64,000 bases of DNA from Lichenicola sp. (GTDB taxonomy: Bacteria; Pseudomonadota; Alphaproteobacteria; Acetobacterales; Acetobacteraceae). Below, one piece after another: positions 40,100 to 55,510 of the stretch; position 1 is the stretch's first letter; each line of letters starts with the position of its first letter. The stretch is from NCBI RefSeq assembly GCF_965198575.1, contig NZ_OZ240671.1, positions 3,567,044 to 3,631,043 of the forward strand. The letters are read 5' to 3'. The translations under genes and the position numbers were made by a program. The notes under the pieces are model-generated. The model searched no databases and was not told the DNA's origin. It saw only the letters and a list, made by a program, of their open reading frames with translations.

Positions 40100-40564
40100 T
40101 CAGTCACCCTTCGACTTGCCTCTTCGGCTCGGCTTGGTGTCGGCCTTGCCGGCGGAGAGGGGCTTGGTCTTCTTGGCGGGGGTCTGCCCTGGCGCGTCGG
40201 CGGCAAGCCCCTCGGCGCCGGTCGGCGGGTCCTCGGCGAGCGCCTCCCTGGCATCTTCGCGCGACATCGGTGTCGGATGGGCCTCGCCCTGGTCGGCGAA
40301 GCGGTCCGGGAACTCGCCGAGATTGGCCTGCAGGAAAGCCTCCTCCACCGGCTCGGTGCGGTTCGGATCGGCACCCGGCAGGGTCGCCGGGTTCGGCAGC
40401 TGGCCGAACTCCGGATTGCCTTCCATGCCGATGAGCTCGCTCGCGCGCTCCCAGTACTCGTCGTGGCGCCCATGCGGACGACCATCGGCTTCCCACAGGT
40501 GATAGGCGCGTTCCCTGATGCGTGCGTCCCGTGCCGGGTCGTTCTCGAGCGGGTTGTCGGACAT
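40100..40564 (-). CDS. DUF2934-domain protein
   Basis: IRERAYHLWEADGRPHGRHDEYWERA. Confidence 0.85.
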   Translation of the reverse strand: MSDNPLENDPARDARIRERAYHLWEADGRPHGRHDEYWERASELIGMEGNPEFGQLPNPATLPGADPNRTEPVEEAFLQANLGEFPDRFADQGEAHPTPMSREDAREALAEDPPTGAEGLAADAPGQTPAKKTKPLSAGKADTKPSRRGKSKGD

Positions 40565-40713
40565 CTGATCGTATTCCTCCGAAATGGCGGCGGGCCGCCA
40601 GCGATGAAGCGCCGTCTAACCGGCCCGGTTCCCAGCAGCATCTGGACGCCGCAGGCGTTGCGCTGCAGCGGCCCGATGCCATCTACACGACAACGGCTTA
40701 CGGAAGCACGCCC

Positions 40714-41376
40714 ATGTCGGACAGGGACGCCGCGCCATCCATCGAGCCCGGCCGTCATGCGGCAGTTCTCGGAGGCGGCTGCTTCTGGTGCCTGGATGCG
40801 GTCTATCGCGACCTGCATGGGGTGATCGACGTGCAGCCGGGCTATGCCGGTGGCGATGATCCGGCGCCGGGTTACGAGGCGGTCTGCAGCGGCCGCACCG
40901 GCCACGCCGAAGTGGTCCGCATCGAGTACGAACCCGCCTTGGTGTCCTATGCCGACCTGCTGCGGGTGTTCTTCACGATCCACGACCCGACGACCCTGAA
41001 CCGCCAGGGCGCCGATGTCGGCTCGCAGTACCGGTCGGTCGTGTTCACGAGCGTCGCGGACGAGCGCGCCGTCGCCGGGTCGGTCATGCGCGAGATTGCC
41101 GGCGCCGGCCTCTGGGATGGCCCGATCGGCACCGAGATCAGCCCGCTGCCACTCTTCCATCCGGCGGAGGCCGAGCATCACGACTATCATGCGCGCCACC
41201 CCGAGGCCGGTTATTGCCGGGTGGTGATTGCGCCGAAGCTCGCGAGGTTTCGCATGCAGTTCCCCGGTCTGCTGAAGGCGCCGGGGGCGCGCGCCGCCTC
41301 CCGCGAGCTTCAGCCATCCTCCTCGTCGAGGAAGAACTGGTCGGCTTCCTCGTCGAAGTCGAACAGCTCGGCGTAG
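40714..41376 (+). CDS. msrA: Peptide methionine sulfoxide reductase A
   Basis: [46 protein letters not shown]. Confidence 0.93.
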   Translation: MSDRDAAPSIEPGRHAAVLGGGCFWCLDAVYRDLHGVIDVQPGYAGGDDPAPGYEAVCSGRTGHAEVVRIEYEPALVSYADLLRVFFTIHDPTTLNRQGADVGSQYRSVVFTSVADERAVAGSVMREIAGAGLWDGPIGTEISPLPLFHPAEAEHHDYHARHPEAGYCRVVIAPKLARFRMQFPGLLKAPGARAASRELQPSSSSRKNWSASSSKSNSSA

Positions 41377-42665
41377 CGGCCCCAGCTGATCACCGTCGAC
41401 AGCGTCTGGCGCGCATAGTCAGGCGACATGTGGTCCTCGAGCTCGTCGCGGAAGCGCTCGGCACGCGCGCGGTGATTCCAGCGCTCGTCCAGCACCTGGC
41501 GGATCACCGAGACCACCGGGAGGTTCTTCATCAGGCTGGCGCCGAGGATCCGCTTGCGCTCGTCGAGTTCGCCATGGACGAAGCTCTGCCCGTCCGGAGT
41601 GAGCCGGATGTCGCCCTCCTCGAGCTCGGCGAATTTCAGCATCTGCAGGCTCTCGCCGAGCGGCAGCAGGTCGTCGAGCTCCAGCTGCAGGGCGCCCGCC
41701 AGCAGAGGCAGGTCGGCGCGTCCGCGATACGGCTCCTCGGCGAGCGTCTCCATCAGGCCGGCCATCAGGTTCATCGGCAGCTCCGGCAGCGACTGGCTGA
41801 AGGCGGCCGTTGCAGTCGTGGCCTCGGCGGCATCCACCGGCGGTGGCGTCTCGCGCCGGGTCATCAGCCCGTAGATACGGTCGACGAACTGCCGGAAGGC
41901 CAGATCGTGGCGGTTGCGCGGATGCGGGAACGGCACGATCAGCTCGTGCGCCACGCGACCCGGGTTCGAGGAGAACACCAGGATGCGGTCGCACATCAGC
42001 ACGCTCTCCTCGATGTTGTGGGTGACGATCAGGATCGCCTTCACCGGCAGCTTGCGCTCCGACCACAGCTCGATCAGGTCGGTGCGCAGGTTTTCCGCGG
42101 TCAGTACGTCCAGTGCCGAGAACGGCTCGTCCATCAGCAGCAGGTCGGGATGCACGACCAGGGCCCGCGCCAGCCCGACGCGCTGGCGCATGCCGCCGGA
42201 CAGCTCCTTGGGGTAGGCGTTCTCGTAGCCGCCGAGGCCGATCAGCTCGATCGCCTCCTCGGCGAGACGCTCCCGCTCGGCCCGCGCCACCCCCTTGGCC
42301 TCGAGCCCGAGCTCGACATTGGCCTGCACGGTCAGCCACGGGAACAGCGCGAAACTCTGAAACACCATCGCCACGCCCGGCGCCGGCCCGACCAGCGGGC
42401 TGCCACGCCAGCAGACCTCGCCCGAGGTGGGCGTCAGCAGGCCCGACACGATCCGCAGCAGCGTCGACTTGCCGGATCCGGACCGCCCCAGCAGCCCGAC
42501 GATCTCGCCCGAATGCAGCGTGAGCTCGACATCGTCCAGCACCACCAGGGCGGCGCTGCTCTCCTTCATGTACGCCTGGCGGCAGCGGCGGACGCGGACC
42601 AGCTCCTCCGGCGCATCGGCGGTGGCGGGCGGGGCAAGGCCCGGCTTGTCCAATGTTGCGTCCAT
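41310..42665 (-). CDS. NitT/TauT-type ABC ATPase with a C-terminal AAA-associated domain
   Basis: [26 protein letters not shown]; extended C-terminus ending [12 protein letters not shown]. Confidence 0.9.
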   Translation of the reverse strand: MDATLDKPGLAPPATADAPEELVRVRRCRQAYMKESSAALVVLDDVELTLHSGEIVGLLGRSGSGKSTLLRIVSGLLTPTSGEVCWRGSPLVGPAPGVAMVFQSFALFPWLTVQANVELGLEAKGVARAERERLAEEAIELIGLGGYENAYPKELSGGMRQRVGLARALVVHPDLLLMDEPFSALDVLTAENLRTDLIELWSERKLPVKAILIVTHNIEESVLMCDRILVFSSNPGRVAHELIVPFPHPRNRHDLAFRQFVDRIYGLMTRRETPPPVDAAEATTATAAFSQSLPELPMNLMAGLMETLAEEPYRGRADLPLLAGALQLELDDLLPLGESLQMLKFAELEEGDIRLTPDGQSFVHGELDERKRILGASLMKNLPVVSVIRQVLDERWNHRARAERFRDELEDHMSPDYARQTLSTVISWGRYAELFDFDEEADQFFLDEEDG

Positions 42666-42703
42666 GTCGGTGTCCTCCCGGGCCGTATCAGGCGAGTTTT
42701 CGG

Positions 42704-44461
42704 CTATGCGAGGGTGAGGCGGCGGCTCGAGAACTCATACATCGGACGCCATACCAGTCGATTGAACACGATGACGAAGAACGACATCGCCACCATGCCC
42801 AGCGCCACGTGCGAGATCGAGCCGGCGACAGTGGCCTGTGCGATGTAGCTGCCGAGCCCTGTCGCGGTCAGTGTCGTGCTGCCCCAGCTCGCCACCTCGG
42901 CGAGGATCGAGGCGTTCCAGGCGCCGCCGGACGCGGTCAGCGCCCCGGTCACGTAGTACGGGAAGATGCCCGGCAGCATCACCCGCAGCCACCAGCGCCA
43001 GCCGCCGATCTGGAAGTTGCGAGCCACCTCGAGCAGGTCGCCCGGGAAGGCCGCCGCACCGGCGATCACGTTGAACAGGATATACCACTGCGTCCCGAGG
43101 ATCATCAGCGGCGTCAGCCAGACGTTGCTGCTGAGGTGGTAGTGCACGATCGCCACCACGAAGATCGGGTAGAACAGGTTGGCCGGGAACGAGGCCATGA
43201 ACTGCACCACCGGCTGCGCGCGACGCGCCCAGACCGGACGCAGGCCGAGCCAGACGCCGATCGGAACCCAGACCAGGCTGGCGAGGATGATCATCGTGAC
43301 GACGCGGGTCATGGTGAACACGCCGAGCAGCATGACGTGGCCGATCTCGTGCAGGCTCAGGTTGGCGCGCGCATAGAGGAAGACCTGCCAGGCGCCGATC
43401 GCTGCGATCAGCACCAGGACGCTGAGCCACAGCCGGTCGCCGGCCTTCGGCGAGATCAGCTGGCGGCCCGGCGCACCCGGGCGGCGTCCGATCGGCAGTC
43501 CGCCCACCGAGGTCAGCATGTCGCCGAACAGCCGGCTGGCCTGGTTGAGCAGCCGGGTGCGACGCAGCAGGGCCAGCATCCAGGGATCGTTGGCGACGGC
43601 GCCGGCCGTGGTCTCGAAGCGGAACCGCGCCGACCAAGCCACCAGTGGCCGGAACAGCAGCTGGTCGTAGAGCAGGATCACCACCAGCATGGTGACGATC
43701 GCCTCGATCACCGCCGTGAGGTCCCGGTGCGCCACCGCGGTCGCGATGAACGAGCCGATGCCGGGCAGCACGACGGTCGTATTGCCGACCGACACGCTCT
43801 CCGACGCCACCACCATGAACCAGCCGCCGGACATCGACATCATGGTGTTCCACACCAGCCCCGGCATGGCGTAGGGCACCTCGAGCCGCCAGAAGCGCTG
43901 CCACGAGGAGAGCCCGAAGCTGCGCGACACCTCCTCGAGATCGGCCGGCACGGTCTTCAGCGACTGGTACATGCTGAACGCCATGTTCCAGGCCTGGCTG
44001 GTGAAGATCACGAAAATGACCGCCAGCTCGGCGCCCAGCACGCGGCCGGGGAACAGGCTCATGAAGAAAACGACGGTGAAGGTGAGGAAGCCCAGGATCG
44101 GGATCGACTGCAGGATGTCGAGGATCGGCACCAGGATCGCGCCGGCGCGCCGGCTCTTTGCCGCCCACACCGCATAGGTGAAGGTGAACAGCAATGACGC
44201 CACCAGGGCCGCGAACATGCGCAAGGTCGTGCGCACGGCATAGGCGGGCAGGTATGCGGCCTCGAGATGGATGTCGGTGGCGCCGGGGGCCGAGAGTGGC
44301 GCCAGCGTATGCCGCGCGATGCTGCCGATGGCGACGGCCAGGCCCAGCATCACCAGGATCGCAGCCAGGTCGAACAGGTTGAAACGGGTCTCGATGGTGC
44401 TGTTGGTGTGACCACGCACATAAGCGAACCGACCGGGGGCGAAGCGCGTCGGCAGCATCAT
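42704..44461 (-). CDS. NitT/TauT-type ABC permease with duplicated TM domains
   Basis: [35 protein letters not shown]. Confidence 0.9.
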   Translation of the reverse strand: MMLPTRFAPGRFAYVRGHTNSTIETRFNLFDLAAILVMLGLAVAIGSIARHTLAPLSAPGATDIHLEAAYLPAYAVRTTLRMFAALVASLLFTFTYAVWAAKSRRAGAILVPILDILQSIPILGFLTFTVVFFMSLFPGRVLGAELAVIFVIFTSQAWNMAFSMYQSLKTVPADLEEVSRSFGLSSWQRFWRLEVPYAMPGLVWNTMMSMSGGWFMVVASESVSVGNTTVVLPGIGSFIATAVAHRDLTAVIEAIVTMLVVILLYDQLLFRPLVAWSARFRFETTAGAVANDPWMLALLRRTRLLNQASRLFGDMLTSVGGLPIGRRPGAPGRQLISPKAGDRLWLSVLVLIAAIGAWQVFLYARANLSLHEIGHVMLLGVFTMTRVVTMIILASLVWVPIGVWLGLRPVWARRAQPVVQFMASFPANLFYPIFVVAIVHYHLSSNVWLTPLMILGTQWYILFNVIAGAAAFPGDLLEVARNFQIGGWRWWLRVMLPGIFPYYVTGALTASGGAWNASILAEVASWGSTTLTATGLGSYIAQATVAGSISHVALGMVAMSFFVIVFNRLVWRPMYEFSSRRLTLA

Positions 44462-44559
44462 GTCGGCACCGTGTCATGTCATCGTGTCGCGCCTTTAGCG
44501 CACCTCACCGGCCACCGCCAGACGGGTGGGGCTGTCGCCGGGCCGGCCTTCATGACAAT

Positions 44560-45039
44560 TCAGCTGTCGGGCGCGGATACCGTCGTGACGCCGGTGCTGC
44601 CGAAACCGCCGGCGCCCCGGGTGGTGGCATCGAGCGTCTCGACCGGCTGCCACTCGACCCGCAGCACCGGTGACAGCACCGCCTGCGCGATCCGCATTCC
44701 GCGCTCGATGGCGAACGGCGCGTCGCCGGCATTCATCACGATCACCTGGAGCTCGCCGCGGTAATCCTCGTCGATCGTCCCCGGCGCGTTGGGCAACAGG
44801 ATGCCGTGCTTCAGCGCCAGGCCCGAGCGCGGCCGGATCTGCAGCTCGTGACCCGGCGGCAGGGCGATGGCGAGCCCGGTCGGGACCAAGGTGCGGGCTC
44901 CGGGTGCGAGCATGATGGTCTCGGCGACCGCGGCCAGCAGGTCCATGCCGGCAGCACCTGCGGTGGCGTAGGCGGGCAATGGCAGGCCCTCGCCGTGCGG
45001 CAGCCGGGTGACCTGAATGGTGCGGATCGGTGCGGTCAC
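44560..45039 (-). CDS. dut: dUTP diphosphatase
   Basis: [36 protein letters not shown]. Confidence 0.97.
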   Translation of the reverse strand: MTAPIRTIQVTRLPHGEGLPLPAYATAGAAGMDLLAAVAETIMLAPGARTLVPTGLAIALPPGHELQIRPRSGLALKHGILLPNAPGTIDEDYRGELQVIVMNAGDAPFAIERGMRIAQAVLSPVLRVEWQPVETLDATTRGAGGFGSTGVTTVSAPDS

Positions 45040-46307
45040 GCGTGCGTCTCCGAGCGGTCGCCGGTGATGAAGGCGGCAATGCGGGCGGCCAGCCGGGCGG
45101 CGACTTCGTGCTTGTCGAGGTGGGGCCAGGCCTCGGCGCCGGCAGCGGTGATCAGCTGCACCTCGTTATGGGTGCCGCCCATGATCCCGGGCGAGCCGTC
45201 CAGCGGTTGGCCGACATCATTGGCCACGATCCAGTCGCAGCCCTTGGCGGCGCGCTTGGCGACCGCATTGGAGAGCAGGTCGTCGGTCTCGGCGGCGAAC
45301 CCGACCACCAGTTTCGGGCGGCTCGGACCGGGTCTCGACAGGGTTGCCAGGATGTCGGGATTGAGGGTGAGGGCGAGCGGCGCCGGCGACCGGCCCGGCT
45401 GCTTCTTCAGCTTCGAGGCGGCCGGCACGTCGACCCGCCAGTCGGCGACTGCGGCAGTCAGCACGGCGATATCGGCGGGCATTGCAGCCTCGCAGGCGGC
45501 CAGCATCTCCTGCGCGGTCTCGACGGCGATCCGCGTCGTGCCGGGCGATGGATCGAGATTAACCGGACCGCTGACCAGCGTCACTCGTGCCCCGCGCGCG
45601 GCCAGGGCGCCCGCGATCGCATAGCCCTGGCGGCCACTGCTGCGGTTTGCGAGGTATCGCACCGGGTCGATCGGCTCGTGCGTCGGCCCGGCGGTGACCA
45701 GCGCGTGCCGCCCGGCGAGATCCTGCGGCACCGGCTCCCGGGCCAGCAGGGCAGCGATCGCGGCCAGGATGACGGGCGGCTCGGCAAGACGCCCGGGCCC
45801 GAACTCGTTGCACGCCATGACCCCGTCATCCGGCCCGACCACCGTGATGCCGCGCGCCCGCAGCGTCGCCAGGTTGGCCTGGGTGGCGGGGTGCTGCCAC
45901 ATCCGCACGTTCATCGCGGGCGCCACCAGGACCGGCGTGTCGGTGGCCAGCAGCAGCGTGGTGGCAAGATCCGAGGCCAGGCCGTGCGCCATGCGGGCGA
46001 GGATGTCGGCCGAGGCTGGGCACACCACGACGAGGTCGGCGGAGCGGGAGAGGGCGATATGGCCCATCTCGCTCTCGTCGGTAAGCGACCACAGGGTGGT
46101 ATGGACCGGCTCGCCGCTGAGCGCCTGCAGGCTGAGCGGCGTGACGAACTGGCCTCCCGCGTCGGTCAGCACGCAACGCACGCCGGTGCCGGCTCCGGTC
46201 AGCAGCCGGATCAGTTCGAGCGACTTGTACGCAGCGATGCCGCCACTGACGATCAGCAGGACACGCCTGCCATCGAGGGCGACGGCCCCGGATGCAGCAG
46301 CGCTCAC
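45036..46307 (-). CDS. coaBC: Phosphopantothenoylcysteine decarboxylase/ligase
   Basis: [45 protein letters not shown]; GTG start overlaps the ubiE stop. Confidence 0.95.
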   Translation of the reverse strand: MSAAASGAVALDGRRVLLIVSGGIAAYKSLELIRLLTGAGTGVRCVLTDAGGQFVTPLSLQALSGEPVHTTLWSLTDESEMGHIALSRSADLVVVCPASADILARMAHGLASDLATTLLLATDTPVLVAPAMNVRMWQHPATQANLATLRARGITVVGPDDGVMACNEFGPGRLAEPPVILAAIAALLAREPVPQDLAGRHALVTAGPTHEPIDPVRYLANRSSGRQGYAIAGALAARGARVTLVSGPVNLDPSPGTTRIAVETAQEMLAACEAAMPADIAVLTAAVADWRVDVPAASKLKKQPGRSPAPLALTLNPDILATLSRPGPSRPKLVVGFAAETDDLLSNAVAKRAAKGCDWIVANDVGQPLDGSPGIMGGTHNEVQLITAAGAEAWPHLDKHEVAARLAARIAAFITGDRSETHA

Positions 46308-47098
46308 AGGCGCCAGCCGGAATGGATCGCCGCGATCCCGCCGGACAGGTTGCGCACGGCGACCCGCGCCAGGCCGGCCTCGCGCATCATCTGCGCCAGG
46401 GTTTCCTGGTCGGGAAACTGCCGGATGCTCTCGGCCAGGTACTGGTAGCTCGCCGAGTCGCCGGCGATCGCCTGGCCCAGCCGCGGCAGCACGCCGAACG
46501 ACCATGCATCATATAACGGTGCCAGGGCGGCGACCTGCACGCGGGAGAATTCCAGGCACAGGAAGCGGCCGCCCGGTTTCAGCACCCGCCTGGCTTCTGC
46601 CAGCACCGCCGCCTTGTCGGTGCAGTTGCGCAGGCCGAACGCCATCGAGACCCGCTCGACGCTGCGGTCGGGCAGCGGCAGGCGCTCCGCGTCGGCGACC
46701 AGGAACCTCAGCCGCGGCAGCAGCGCGTTGCCGACCGCCCGGCCGTGGCCCACCGACAGCATGCTGGCATTGATGTCCGACAGGATCGCCGGACCCCCAC
46801 CGCCACGCAGCCAGCCGAAGCTGACGTCGCCGGTGCCGCCCGCCAGGTCCAGCAACGAGAGCTGCGGCCGCGGGCCGAGGGCGTTGATGAAGATGCGTTT
46901 CCAGACCCGGTGGATGCCGAGCGACATCACGTCGTTCATCAGGTCGTATTTCGGCGCCACGCTGTCGAACACCGCGCGGACCATCGGCTTCTTCTCGTCG
47001 ATGGCGACGCTCCGGTAGCCGAAATCGGTGGTGGCACCCGTGGGGCCGGGCGGGGCGGCGCCAGGGGGGGCAGGGGTCGGAGGCAGGTTGTCGCTCAT
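46304..47098 (-). CDS. ubiE: Ubiquinone/menaquinone C-methyltransferase
   Basis: [47 protein letters not shown]. Confidence 0.95.
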   Translation of the reverse strand: MSDNLPPTPAPPGAAPPGPTGATTDFGYRSVAIDEKKPMVRAVFDSVAPKYDLMNDVMSLGIHRVWKRIFINALGPRPQLSLLDLAGGTGDVSFGWLRGGGGPAILSDINASMLSVGHGRAVGNALLPRLRFLVADAERLPLPDRSVERVSMAFGLRNCTDKAAVLAEARRVLKPGGRFLCLEFSRVQVAALAPLYDAWSFGVLPRLGQAIAGDSASYQYLAESIRQFPDQETLAQMMREAGLARVAVRNLSGGIAAIHSGWRL

Positions 47099-47127
47099 GG
47101 GGTCAGGCTATAGCCTGCCTCGGACCC

Positions 47128-47976
47128 ATGCCGGAACTCCCAGAAGTCGAGACCGTGATGCGCGGGATGCGGGCGCATCTCGAGGGTCACACCATCATCC
47201 GGGCCGAGGTGCGCCGGCCGGACCTGCGTTGGCCGATGCCGCCGGGCCTGGCCGCACGGCTGCGCGGCGCGCGGGTCGAGAGTTTCCGCAGGCGCGGCAA
47301 GTACATCCTGATGCGTCTCGAGGGCGGCGACAGCATGCTGCTGCATCTGGGGATGTCCGGCCGGGTGAACCTGACCCGGCTCGACCCGGCGGTTCCGGTC
47401 GCGGTGGCGCCTCACGAGCACGTGGTGATCGAGACCGAGGAGGGCTGCCGGCTCGGTCTGGTGGATCCGCGTCGGTTCGGCGCGATCGACCTGATGCGCA
47501 CCGACGCCGAGGACCAGCACCGGTTGCTGGCGGGCATGGGCCCCGAACCGCTGGAGCCGGCATTCACCGCCAGCCACCTGCACCACACGCTCGCGGGCAA
47601 ACGCACACCCATGAAGGCAGCACTGCTCGACCAGCGGCTGGTGGCGGGCCTGGGCAACATCTACGTGTGCGAGGCGCTGTTCCGGGCACGACTTTCGCCG
47701 GAGCGGCTGGCCGGCACGATCGGGCCGGCACGGGCTGGGCGGCTGGTGGCGGCGATCCGGGCCGTGCTGTCCGAGGCCATCGCCGCCGGCGGTTCGAGCC
47801 TGCGCGACTATGTGCAGCCGGACGGCGAACTCGGCTATTTCCAGCATGCCTGGCGGGTCTATGGCCGCGAGGGCGAGGGCTGTCCGGACTGTCCCGGCGC
47901 CCCCACCTGCAACGGCATCCAGCGGCTGGTGCAGTCAGGCCGAAGCAGCTTCCACTGCCCGCGCCTGCAACGCTGA
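47128..47976 (+). CDS. mutM: Formamidopyrimidine-DNA glycosylase
   Basis: [26 protein letters not shown]-terminal zinc finger. Confidence 0.97.
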   Translation: MPELPEVETVMRGMRAHLEGHTIIRAEVRRPDLRWPMPPGLAARLRGARVESFRRRGKYILMRLEGGDSMLLHLGMSGRVNLTRLDPAVPVAVAPHEHVVIETEEGCRLGLVDPRRFGAIDLMRTDAEDQHRLLAGMGPEPLEPAFTASHLHHTLAGKRTPMKAALLDQRLVAGLGNIYVCEALFRARLSPERLAGTIGPARAGRLVAAIRAVLSEAIAAGGSSLRDYVQPDGELGYFQHAWRVYGREGEGCPDCPGAPTCNGIQRLVQSGRSSFHCPRLQR

Positions 47977-48124
47977 GACGATCACCGCCGCCACCCCGAC
48001 CGACTTGACTTGCCGCATCTCCCGGGCCTAGAAACCCGACCCTTCGCCGGGTCGTTCGTCCGGGGCTTCGGCCTCGACCAGCGGCAGCCGGCCCACATCG
48101 ACGTGCTGAACTGAGCAGAGACCC

Positions 48125-48394
48125 ATGGCGAACACCGCATCGGCGCGCAAGCGCATCAGGCAGAACGAAGTCCGCAGCGCGCGCAACACCGCGCGCCGGT
48201 CACGGATGCGTACCTTCGTGAAGAAGGTCGAGACGGCGATCTCGTCCGGCGACAAGGAACAGGCTGTCGCTGCCTTGCGCGCGGCCCAGCCGGAAATGCA
48301 GCGCGCCGTGGGCAAGGGGGTCGCACACGCTAACACGATCTCGCGCAAGATCTCGCGCCTGTCTAAGCGCATCAAGGCAATCGCCGCTGGCTGA
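48125..48394 (+). CDS. rpsT: 30S ribosomal protein S20
   Basis: [13 protein letters not shown]...H.NT.SRKISRL. Confidence 0.97.
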   Translation: MANTASARKRIRQNEVRSARNTARRSRMRTFVKKVETAISSGDKEQAVAALRAAQPEMQRAVGKGVAHANTISRKISRLSKRIKAIAAG

Positions 48395-48483
48395 TCACGA
48401 GTTGCGCTGACGGGCGGTTAGCAGGCTCTCACAATCCGTCTCGCGCGTCGCGACGACAGAGTTTCGACCACCCATATTTGATG

Positions 48484-48519
48484 ACGGGCCGCGTGCGCAA
48501 GCCGCGGCCCGTTTTCGTT
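48484..48519 (+). terminator. Intrinsic terminator downstream of rpsT
   Basis: ACGGGCCGCG-N9-CGCGGCCCGT followed by TTTCGTT. Confidence 0.7.
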
Positions 48520-48797
48520 CCGGTCCGGCTGGCGTCCACACTTGTTAGTGACGTGTTCAGTCATGTTAGTAACTTGACGCTGTGTTCTTTTTGGGAACGC
48601 CCCTCTTGCGGCCAGATTCCCGTTGCCTCCTCAATCCGCCCCGGCCTACTCTAAATGACGGTCGTGAGACTGACCGGCCGCTGCAACAGACGGCCCTCCC
48701 TCGAACGCTGCGCTCAAACGTAACCGCCCTTGCGGGTGTCCACGTTTTGTCTGCAGCTTCGAGAGTTGATTGTTGTTGACTGGGTCGTTTGGGATCG

Positions 48798-50456
48798 ATG
48801 GCGGGAGCGGGGTGGGTGAGAGTGACGTCCAGCAGGTATGAGCGCGACGCCCCGGAAGTGGATGCGGCTGTCGAAACACGAAACGAGGCGCCCGCCTGCG
48901 CGCCCTACCGTCAGGCCTTTGCCGCAGGCGCTTCCGGCCTTGACGAGCAATATTCGACGTCCGGGCATCCGCTCGGCGAGCATTGGTCACGCATCTGCGG
49001 CCGGCTGCAGAACGAGGTCGGCGAGGTCGAATATCGCACCTGGCTGCGGCAGATGACGCTTGGCGCTGTCGATCACGACGAGATCACGCTCTATTTGCCG
49101 ACCAGGTTCCTGCGCGACTGGGTGCGCAGCCAGTATGGCGACCGGCTTGGCGCCCTGTGGAATACCGAAGTCCCGCAAATCCGGCGTGTCGAGCTCATGC
49201 TGTCACCCGAGGCGCATGCCGCGGGACCATCTGCCGGGATCGCGACATCGACGGCGCCGGGTGCCGCGCCGGTACCGCTGGTCGCCGGCGGATCGAGCAA
49301 GGCGTTTTCCCCTGAGACAGCCTCGGAGGCGCCCAGGGGTTTTTCCGCTGCGTCGTCTCGATCCTCAGGCACGGTGTCGGTGCCCCACGCGGCGGCCGCC
49401 ATCCCGGAGCCGCGTGGCGATCTGGCAGCGCCGCTGGATCCCCGCTTCTCGTTCGAGGCCTTCGTCGTCGGCAAGCCCAACGAGTTCGCTTATGCCTGTG
49501 CGCGCCGGGTTGCCGAAAGGCCGTCCAGCCCGGGCTTCAACCCGCTGTTCCTGTATGGCGGCGTCGGGCTCGGCAAGACCCACCTGATGCACGCCATCGG
49601 CCTGGAGCTGACCCGCCCGGCCCGGCCACAGGGTGCCGTGTCGGTCGCCTACATGTCGGCCGAGAAATTCATGTACCGCTTCATCGCGGCGATCCGCTCG
49701 CAATCGACGATGGAATTCAAGGAGCAGCTGCGTTCCGTCGACGTGCTGATGATCGACGACCTGCAGTTCCTGATCGGCAAGGACAACACGCAGGAGGAGT
49801 TCTTCCACACCTTCAATGCGCTGGTCGATGCCGGCAAGCAGATCGTGGTGTCGGCGGACAAGTCGCCGTCGGATCTGTCCGGCCTCGAGGACCGGCTGCG
49901 CACGCGGCTCGGCTGCGGCATGGTCGCCGACCTGCACGCGACCACTTTCGAACTGCGCATCTCCATCCTCGAGGCCAAGGCGCTGGCATCCGGCGTCGCG
50001 GTGCCGCCCAAGGTGCTGGAGTTTCTCGCCCACAAGATCACCACCAACGTGCGCGAGCTCGAGGGTGCGTTGAACCGGATGATCGCGCACGCCAATCTGT
50101 TCGGCCGCTCGGTGACGCTGGATGCGACGCAGGAGGTGCTGCACGACATCCTCAAGGCGCATGACCGGCGCGTCACCATCGAGGAAATCCAGCGCAAGGT
50201 CTCCGAGCACTGGAATATCCGCCTCACCGACATGTCGTCGGCGCGTCGTGCCCGGGCGGTGGCGCGGCCGCGCCAGGTGGCGATGTATCTCGCCAAGCAA
50301 TTGACCAGCCGGTCGCTGCCCGAGATCGGTCGCAAGTTCGGCAATCGCGACCACACCACCGTCATGCACGCGGTCAGCCGGGTGACCGAGCTGATGGAGC
50401 GCGACACCGCATTCGCCGAGGACGTCGAGCTGTTGCGCCGCATGCTGGAGAGCTGA
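48798..50456 (+). CDS. dnaA: Chromosomal replication initiator DnaA
   Basis: GGVGLGKTHL, DDLQF, RELEGAL, RPRQVAMYL, RDHTTVMHA; start uncertain. Confidence 0.97.
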   Translation: MAGAGWVRVTSSRYERDAPEVDAAVETRNEAPACAPYRQAFAAGASGLDEQYSTSGHPLGEHWSRICGRLQNEVGEVEYRTWLRQMTLGAVDHDEITLYLPTRFLRDWVRSQYGDRLGALWNTEVPQIRRVELMLSPEAHAAGPSAGIATSTAPGAAPVPLVAGGSSKAFSPETASEAPRGFSAASSRSSGTVSVPHAAAAIPEPRGDLAAPLDPRFSFEAFVVGKPNEFAYACARRVAERPSSPGFNPLFLYGGVGLGKTHLMHAIGLELTRPARPQGAVSVAYMSAEKFMYRFIAAIRSQSTMEFKEQLRSVDVLMIDDLQFLIGKDNTQEEFFHTFNALVDAGKQIVVSADKSPSDLSGLEDRLRTRLGCGMVADLHATTFELRISILEAKALASGVAVPPKVLEFLAHKITTNVRELEGALNRMIAHANLFGRSVTLDATQEVLHDILKAHDRRVTIEEIQRKVSEHWNIRLTDMSSARRARAVARPRQVAMYLAKQLTSRSLPEIGRKFGNRDHTTVMHAVSRVTELMERDTAFAEDVELLRRMLES

Positions 50457-50567
50457 CGCCGCCTCCCGGAATGGCGCTTCCGGGCCAGCTTTCCCTGTCA
50501 ATCCCGGACTGCTAGCATCGGCCTCCCCCGTGCGATCCCCTTCTTTTTCTCCGGCGAGACCAGGACC

Positions 50568-51692
50568 ATGAAGCTCAAGGCCGACCGCGCCACATTGCTC
50601 AAGGCGCTCGCCCACATCCAGAGTGTCGCGGAGAAGCGCAACACCATTCCGATCCTGGCAAACGTCCTGATCGCCGTGCAGGATGGCCGCCTGACGCTGA
50701 CGGCGACCGACATGGAGATCGCCATCGTCGAGGAAGTCGCGGCGAGCTCCAGCCGTGACGGATCGACCACCGCTCCGGCGGGCGTGCTGTTCGAGATCGT
50801 CCGCAAGCTGCCCGACGGCGCGGAAGTCGAGCTCGACCAGGCCGGCGGCGACGCACCCCTTACTCTGCGCGCCGGTCGTTACGCAACCAGCCTGAACGTG
50901 CTCGCCGTCGATGATTTCCCGTCCATGACCGCAGGCACGCTGCCGCATCGTTTCACGATCGGTTCCGGCGTGTTGCGCGGGCTGATCGACCGCAGCCGGT
51001 TCGCGATCAGCACCGAAGAGACGCGCTATTACCTGAACGGCATCTACCTGCACACGGCGCCGGGCGATGCCGGCGACATGCTGCGTGCGGTGGCGACCGA
51101 TGGTCATCGCCTGGCGCGTGTCGAGACCGAGCTGCCCGCCGGTGCGGCCGGAATGCCGGGCGTGATCGTGCCGCGCAAGACCGTGGCCGAGGTGCGCAAG
51201 CTGCTCGACGAAGCCGGCGAACAGGTCGAGATCGCGCTGTCCGAGACGCGCATCCAGTTCACCATCGGAACGGTGATGCTGACCAGCAAGCTGATCGACG
51301 GCACCTTCCCGGAATACGAGCGCGTGATTCCGCGCGACAACGACAAGATCCTGCGTGTCGGCAAGAAGGACTTTGCCGATGCGGTGGCGCGTGTCTCGGC
51401 GATCAGCCAGGAGCGCTCGCGTCCGGTGAAATTGTCGCTCGAGCGGCATCTGCTGACCCTGTCGGCGGCGAGTGCGGATCAGGGCACCGCCAAGGAGGAG
51501 CTCGATGACGGTCGGGTGACCTACGACAACACCCCGATCGAGATCGGTTTCCAGGCGCGCTACCTGAACGACATCACCGACCAGATCGAGAAGGATGTGG
51601 AATTCGCATTCTCCGACAGCGCCGCGCCGACCCTCGTGCGCGACGTCGATAGCCCGTCGGCGCTGTACGTGCTGATGCCGATGCGGGTCTAG
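50568..51692 (+). CDS. dnaN: DNA polymerase III beta clamp
   Basis: RNTIPILAN, TRYYLNG, ATDGHRL, IDGTFPEYERV, YVLMPMRV. Confidence 0.97.
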   Translation: MKLKADRATLLKALAHIQSVAEKRNTIPILANVLIAVQDGRLTLTATDMEIAIVEEVAASSSRDGSTTAPAGVLFEIVRKLPDGAEVELDQAGGDAPLTLRAGRYATSLNVLAVDDFPSMTAGTLPHRFTIGSGVLRGLIDRSRFAISTEETRYYLNGIYLHTAPGDAGDMLRAVATDGHRLARVETELPAGAAGMPGVIVPRKTVAEVRKLLDEAGEQVEIALSETRIQFTIGTVMLTSKLIDGTFPEYERVIPRDNDKILRVGKKDFADAVARVSAISQERSRPVKLSLERHLLTLSAASADQGTAKEELDDGRVTYDNTPIEIGFQARYLNDITDQIEKDVEFAFSDSAAPTLVRDVDSPSALYVLMPMRV

Positions 51693-51727
51693 CGCCAAAC
51701 ACGCACGGCGCGCGTCCGGCGGCCTGC

Positions 51728-55427
<3,700 letters not shown>

Positions 55428-55510
55428 CGAGCGGCCTTGCGAACCAGGTGCGGGAACGAGCAGCCGGCACCGTGGGAGACCCACGGTGCCGGCTGCCCGC
55501 CTTCAAACTT

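Noticed and set aside
48395-48797. oriC between rpsT and dnaA
   Set aside because: No cluster of consensus TTATCCACA boxes or clear AT-rich unwinding element; only a weak GCGTCCACA and a TGTTAGT direct repeat. Alphaproteobacterial origins are often not at dnaA.
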